Below, one piece after another: positions 59,066-64,000 of a stretch of DNA of 64,000 bases. The DNA is taken from assembly GCA_965247125.1 (NCBI GenBank), contig CBDFGO010000002.1, forward strand, positions 964,472 to 1,028,471, in the 5' to 3' direction. Position numbers and translations under genes: made by a program. The notes below the pieces were generated by a model, which had not been told where the DNA came from, made no database searches, and worked only from the letters and a program-made list of their open reading frames with translations. This stretch comes from Rhodothermales bacterium. Its GTDB lineage: Bacteria > Bacteroidota > Rhodothermia > Rhodothermales > UBA10348. Numbering within the stretch: the stretch's first letter is position 1; the number at the start of each line of letters is the position of its first letter.

Positions 59066-60329
59066 GCTATTTATAGTCGTCGCGCTCGTTCTAACCGCGA
59101 GCGGATGTGAAGGCATTGGTGGGCGGGCAGATCGAGAGATCCACCCGCCCACTCCAGTTTCTACGGGTGCCGATGAGCTCGTAAAATCTGGCTTTGAGGC
59201 GCTTGACGGCATGAACGTGGCCTTGATTGTCAATCATACGGCCAGAACTGGGGGCCGTCATCTGATTGATCTGATTCATGAAGCCCAGAATGTGAAGCTC
59301 CACGCATTGTTTGGCCCCGAACACGGTATTCGCGGCGATGAAGATGCGGGGGCCCGAATCGATGATGGGCTCGACGATGCGACCGGCGCCCCCGTGTACA
59401 GTCTTTACGGAGAGATTCGGCGGCCGACACCCGAAATGCTTGGGCAGGTGGAAGCCCTCGTGTTTGATATTCAGGATGTTGGCGCGCGCTTCTACACGTT
59501 CATCTCGACCATGGGTCTTTCCATGCAATCGGCCGCGTTGGCCGACATACCGTTCATCGTACTGGACCGGCCGAATCCACTTGGAGGCGAGCGGGTCGAG
59601 GGATTTATTCGCGACTCCAGCCTGGTCTCGTTCGTCTCCCGGTATCCGATTCCTGTTCGGCATGGACTCACCGTCGGAGAACTGGCACGGATGATCAAGG
59701 GCGAAGCCTGGGTCGACGGCCTCGAGAATCTGGATCTACGGGTTGTAGAGATGTCCGGGTGGGAGCGAGACATGATGTGGCCGGATACGGGCCTTGAGTG
59801 GATTCCTACCAGTCCAAATATCCCAACATTCGAAACCGCCCTGGTCTACGCCGGCACCTGCTTTTTCGAGGCTACGATAGCCAGCGAGGGAAGGGGCACC
59901 CCTTCCCCATTCTTGACCCTTGGAGCGCCCTGGCTTGACGCAGAGTCTCTGGCGGAAGACTTTAACCGGTGGGAATTTCCCGGCGTTCAAGTCTCCGCCG
60001 GAACGACCACCCCCGTGAGCATTCCGGGAACTGCGACCCATCCGAAGCTTGAAAACATTCCAATTCAAACGCTGATTGTCGAGGTAACAAATCCTGATTC
60101 AATTCAGTCGGTAGCGCTGGGGCTCGACCTAGTTGGTCGATTCTTTGCCCAGGCTCCGGATTCGTTGAAGGATTCGTTTTTCAACGAAAGATGGCTTGGG
60201 CTGCTTTCTGGGTCTGCTGAAACCCTCGACATGGTTCGGGGAGGTATGGACTACGCGGCGTTCGAATGGAAGTGGAGGGACGAGGTGGCTGCATTCAAAG
60301 ACCTGAGCGGTCCCTATCTCCTGTATTGA
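59004..60329 (+). CDS. DUF1343 / NamZ-like exo-beta-N-acetylmuramidase, lipoprotein
   Basis: [54 protein letters not shown]; start uncertain and overlaps ndk. Confidence 0.88.
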   Translation: MVYSNRIITSRKSRSSATLAKLFIVVALVLTASGCEGIGGRADREIHPPTPVSTGADELVKSGFEALDGMNVALIVNHTARTGGRHLIDLIHEAQNVKLHALFGPEHGIRGDEDAGARIDDGLDDATGAPVYSLYGEIRRPTPEMLGQVEALVFDIQDVGARFYTFISTMGLSMQSAALADIPFIVLDRPNPLGGERVEGFIRDSSLVSFVSRYPIPVRHGLTVGELARMIKGEAWVDGLENLDLRVVEMSGWERDMMWPDTGLEWIPTSPNIPTFETALVYAGTCFFEATIASEGRGTPSPFLTLGAPWLDAESLAEDFNRWEFPGVQVSAGTTTPVSIPGTATHPKLENIPIQTLIVEVTNPDSIQSVALGLDLVGRFFAQAPDSLKDSFFNERWLGLLSGSAETLDMVRGGMDYAAFEWKWRDEVAAFKDLSGPYLLY

Positions 60330-60417
60330 TCGGACTGGAAGCCGTCGAGTATGACGAGATCATCTTCTTGAAGGATAACCCCGGCAGTTACACGTACGGC
60401 CAGGCGACTGCCTTCGC

Positions 60418-60687
60418 TCACGAATCCGCTTCGGCCGGCCGCCACATCACGGCGTAAATGACTTCCAGGTAGCCAGCCAAAAGAATGATGGGTGCGATGT
60501 AGAGCGAGATGAAGCCATCCACGTCATTTTCCATCCTCATGATGATGTATCCCACGACGATCATCGCCAACCCAGACAGCAATAGAACGTAGTTCTTGCG
60601 CGTGAACACCATCACGCGGTGCTTGCGCGCCTGACGCGAGCGTGATCCTCGGTTGCGTCTCGATTTTCTTGCTGCTTGCGCTGCCAT
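60418..60687 (-). CDS. DUF3098-family small membrane protein
   Basis: MVFTRKNYVLLLSG...GY, APIILLAGY. Confidence 0.8.
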   Translation of the reverse strand: MAAQAARKSRRNRGSRSRQARKHRVMVFTRKNYVLLLSGLAMIVVGYIIMRMENDVDGFISLYIAPIILLAGYLEVIYAVMWRPAEADS

Positions 60688-60835
60688 CGACAGAAAAGTA
60701 AAGATGAATTCGGCGAATGAGCACTCCGAAAAAGGTCCACTTCCGAACACGTAGGCGTTTCGCAGGTTCCTCTTTCGAAAATCCGTTTCGCCGTCAATGC
60801 ATGCTTCGTAGATTGACGCTTCAACTCTCGAATCC

Positions 60836-61306
60836 ATGCCGGCACCCATTCGCACATTTCTGATTGGACTTGGCATCTTCCTGCTTCAATGGCTGATGCT
60901 GGGTCGACTCACATTGTGGGGAGCATACCCGGATGCGGTTCTGCTTTTTGTTGCTTGGCTTGGAGTCCGAAAAGGCCGTCAGTGGGGTGCCATCGGTGGA
61001 TTTGTCTTCGGCTTCCTGATGGATGTGGTCTACAACACTTGGGGCCTCCACATGCTCGTCAAGACCCTGATTGGATTTTTGCTGGGTCTCTTTCCAAGTT
61101 CGGAGCGTGAAGGTCTGCTTATATTGCCGCGTCAGGCTCTTCTTGGCGGCTTGGTCGTAGCCCTGGTTCACAACGGCATTTTCGTAACAATGCTGGCTCT
61201 CCAAGCAGGCGTCCGAAATTCGTTCCTGGTTACTGGATTGTGGATTGGATCGGCCCTGTACACTGCGTTTTTGGGTACCTTCGCATCGCTTTTCAGCTCC
61301 CGATAG
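60836..61306 (+). CDS. mreD: Rod shape-determining protein MreD
   Basis: LQ...YPDAVLL, GFVFGFLMD, GLHML..TLIG; all-TM protein. Confidence 0.8.
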   Translation: MPAPIRTFLIGLGIFLLQWLMLGRLTLWGAYPDAVLLFVAWLGVRKGRQWGAIGGFVFGFLMDVVYNTWGLHMLVKTLIGFLLGLFPSSEREGLLILPRQALLGGLVVALVHNGIFVTMLALQAGVRNSFLVTGLWIGSALYTAFLGTFASLFSSR

Positions 61307-61425
61307 GATATGAATTGATTGTGGATCGGGGCCGACCCTACCGACCGCGTGTTGCTTGAGCGTCGCCCAGCGCCGTATTTTCGACGCTCGATCAGGGTGA
61401 CGCTCGCGATATTCTGGTCTGGAAA

Positions 61426-61498
<73 letters not shown>

Positions 61499-61507
61499 CA
61501 TAGGAAT

Positions 61508-61550
61508 ATGCCCCGTATTCGCTTGTTTATAGCGATTACGGGGCATTTTT
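61508..61550 (+). terminator. Hairpin/terminator after the tRNA, at the element junction
   Basis: ATGCCCCGTA...TACGGGGCAT inverted repeat followed by TTTT. Confidence 0.75.
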
Positions 61551-61668
61551 CGTATATTCAAAGTGATGAGTGATACGAATTATGTCCGGTTGTTTCGGCA
61601 AGTTTGGGGGGTTTTTCGTAGTACATACGTAGTACGGTCGCAACTTTGATGAGCCGCAGGGACAATAC

Positions 61669-62910
61669 ATGAATATTCGTTCACGGAAAGCACCAACCCT
61701 GATTCAAAATAGGGTTGGTCAGTGGTATTGCCGGTTCAGAAGAGATGGTATTGACCTTCCCATAGGTATTCAAACTCCTAAACGTTCAAAATCAGACCCT
61801 CCACCTGATGGTACGCTTGAGTGGATTCAGGTTGGTAGGTACTGGTATCCAAAACATGTCTACGACAAGTTCACGGTTGACTTTGAAATGCCATACTTGA
61901 GAGGTGAGTTTACTCCCTCAAAGAGAAAGGAAGATGTACTGGTATCTGACGCTGTAGAAGAATTCATTGAAAGAGATGGATTGACGAAGAGTACTAAGCG
62001 GAGCTACAAAGGAGTTCTTCATTTGTTTGTAAACCGGCTGGTTGATGGGCGAATGTATATGCGAGAACTCCGCTCGGAAGACATGACGCATTTCATGGAG
62101 TTATGTAAGCATAACTCTCCCCACACTCGGTTTAGTTACGGTAAAGGGATCAATGTATTTTTAAACTGGGCGGATGAAAAGGAGCTCCTAGACGCGGAAG
62201 ATTTGCAGATTGAAACCGGACGCACCGCAACGGGAAGACTTGGGCGAAAAATTTTTCTGACTCCTACGGAATTCATAAATGTGCGAGCATCAATTGCCCG
62301 TGATGCTCTATTGCTTCCTCTAAAGCAGAGGAAACTCAATCATCTGTCATGGGTGACTGATGTTCTAGACCTCGGTATTTCAACTGGACTTCGGCTCAAT
62401 GAACTTGTTCATCTTCAATGGCAAGACATCAAACTGGAACGGGGTATTCTTGAGGTAAGACCCAAGACTAAGGAGCGCGATAAAATTGATTTTATGCCGA
62501 AAGGCAAACGTGCGCGATTTGTTGAACTGCAACCACTCGCCATTGAAGTATTGAGCCGAAGCCATGTGAAAGTGGGACAGTCAGATCCACATGGACGAGT
62601 ACTGAAAGGTGCTCTTTTTAATGACCTCCGAGATGTGCCATTTAACCCAAACCGAGCATCTAAGAATTGGCGGAAGCACAGAAAGATTGTCAATATTTCT
62701 GACCCTGTGCCTCTTCACGGTCTTCGGCATGCCCATATAACGTTCATGCTCATTCTGGGTTGGGAAATTTTTTATGTACAGCAATTTGCTGGTCATTCTA
62801 GCGTAACGACGACGCAGCAATATGCTCAATTTGCACGTCAACTCTGCTCCCGAAAGGAGCGTGAAAGGCTCATTGAAGAAATTGTTGGTCTTGGATTTGC
62901 TCGCCCCTGA
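61669..62910 (+). CDS. Tyrosine recombinase/integrase
   Basis: TGLRLNEL (R), PKGK (K), HGLRH (HxxR), AGH, TQQY (catalytic Y); SAM-like core with T.RSY. Confidence 0.93.
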   Translation: MNIRSRKAPTLIQNRVGQWYCRFRRDGIDLPIGIQTPKRSKSDPPPDGTLEWIQVGRYWYPKHVYDKFTVDFEMPYLRGEFTPSKRKEDVLVSDAVEEFIERDGLTKSTKRSYKGVLHLFVNRLVDGRMYMRELRSEDMTHFMELCKHNSPHTRFSYGKGINVFLNWADEKELLDAEDLQIETGRTATGRLGRKIFLTPTEFINVRASIARDALLLPLKQRKLNHLSWVTDVLDLGISTGLRLNELVHLQWQDIKLERGILEVRPKTKERDKIDFMPKGKRARFVELQPLAIEVLSRSHVKVGQSDPHGRVLKGALFNDLRDVPFNPNRASKNWRKHRKIVNISDPVPLHGLRHAHITFMLILGWEIFYVQQFAGHSSVTTTQQYAQFARQLCSRKERERLIEEIVGLGFARP

Positions 62911-62925
62911 GATTGCTACTCTCCT

Positions 62926-64000
62926 TCACGATGGGCTCTTTTTACTCTTTTTTCTGATTTTCCCTCGTCGCGCTGGTAACGGCGCTTCGTTCATTTGTCG
63001 AACGAGATGGCGTATATGACCGATGGTCACATAGAGCTTACTATTGCGTCCGCTCTTGGTAACGATTGGTCGTAGTTTTTTCTCTTTTCGGAGTCTCTCG
63101 GATACGTCTCTGCTTATGCCAAGTGCCTGCATAATATCTGTTAGCGGCACAACGGCATCATTATTTAGTGTGTTTAATAGCACTGCTTGTCGAAGCGCTG
63201 GTCCGGTAAGGTTGGTGATGATTTCCTCAACCTGCTCCGTAATGTCTTTCGCGATTGTGCTTGCGATTTCTTTAGCGGGAAGGGCTGAATCTTGCGCAAA
63301 GTTGTTAGGCTCGGTAGCCCTTTTGGCCGAAGTCACTACTGAATCAAGAGATGATTTTGTGGTAGGGGGAATTGAAATGTATTCAACGGGCATTAACTCA
63401 TTAGAGTGAGAGCGTGGAGGCGGAATCTCAGACCGGCTCCGCAGCTTGGGAATTTCATAATATGCTTTCATTCGGAGCTTCATCGCGGGATGCCGCCCAG
63501 TGATAAGAATCCCAGAATCCTGGGGAAGTGTTCGGACTGCATCTGGTTCTAAGAGTGATCTTGTGACTATTCTCTCTTGACCATTGCGACGATCAATACA
63601 CATTGTCTTCCCGAGAGAAGCTGAAACATCCTTGCACATCGAGTGAGATAGCCCCGGAAGAAAAATGCGCGTCGCACAGCCTCCATTGGCTAGGATATGA
63701 GCATCCTCACGCCCGTAGAGACGCTTCAACTGCTCCAAATCTTGGCAAGACGCAATTATGCTGACCCTCCTCCTGCGGATCGCTGTCATGATGGTTGCCA
63801 GTTCTGGGATCGGGGCGCTGTTACCGAGCTCGTCGAGTATGGCGAAAATTGAAAGCTCATCTTCTTCTGGCGTCTGCATACAGAACGAAAATACCTGAAA
63901 GAAGAGAAGAGCCCCTATGACCGAATAATGCTTCGCGTGAATCTCAGGGAAACAGAAAAAGATTGCTGTCTTCTCGGTTCTAAGTGACTCAAAGTTTAAA
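62926..64000 (-). CDS. VirD4/TraG-like type IV coupling protein (3' part) with a C-terminal excisionase-like HTH
   Basis: Frame stays open to the window edge (LNFESLRTEKTAIFF...); Walker B ILDELGN, R.R.VSII...QDLEQL..LYG, S..LG..T, R.LL.PD.VR.L. Confidence 0.8.
   Translation of the reverse strand, partial: LNFESLRTEKTAIFFCFPEIHAKHYSVIGALLFFQVFSFCMQTPEEDELSIFAILDELGNSAPIPELATIMTAIRRRRVSIIASCQDLEQLKRLYGREDAHILANGGCATRIFLPGLSHSMCKDVSASLGKTMCIDRRNGQERIVTRSLLEPDAVRTLPQDSGILITGRHPAMKLRMKAYYEIPKLRSRSEIPPPRSHSNELMPVEYISIPPTTKSSLDSVVTSAKRATEPNNFAQDSALPAKEIASTIAKDITEQVEEIITNLTGPALRQAVLLNTLNNDAVVPLTDIMQALGISRDVSERLRKEKKLRPIVTKSGRNSKLYVTIGHIRHLVRQMNEAPLPARRGKIRKKSKKSPS

Larger units (their letters stand above)
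61499..64000. mobile_element. Left end of an integrative (ICE/IME-like) element inserted at tRNA-Ala; continues beyond the window
   Basis: Integrase right after the tRNA 3' end, visibly more AT-rich sequence, convergent conjugative coupling-protein gene. Confidence 0.8.

Overview
Mostly core chromosome of a moderately GC-rich Gram-negative bacterium. Gene content and order (sdhCAB, bat operon, parA-parB-DUF5683, rpsF-rpsR-rplI without ssb, spt, lpt/mla) point to the Bacteroidota/Rhodothermota (FCB) group; this is inference, not a database result. It holds about 60 housekeeping or envelope genes and a tRNA-Ala(GGC) followed by the start of an integrative element (tyrosine integrase plus a partial VirD4-like coupling protein). 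The stand-out feature is an apparently non-coding ~770-nt minus-strand transcription unit at ~38945-39712. It has a near-perfect sigma70 promoter (TTGACT-17bp-TATAAT), an intrinsic terminator, many strand-specific GNRA/UUCG hairpins and ~35 GGA motifs, and a DnaA-box-like array lies just upstream. I cannot match it to any housekeeping RNA, so it is a candidate novel large structured RNA. Other oddities are a VirD4 fused to an excisionase-like HTH, a DAHP synthase with substituted active-site motifs, a HAD gene split by an in-frame TAA, an spt-ceramide synthase pair, an RNase E/G with a histone-H1-like tail and a TPR-extended LptB. All calls come from motif recognition by eye; counts are hand counts.
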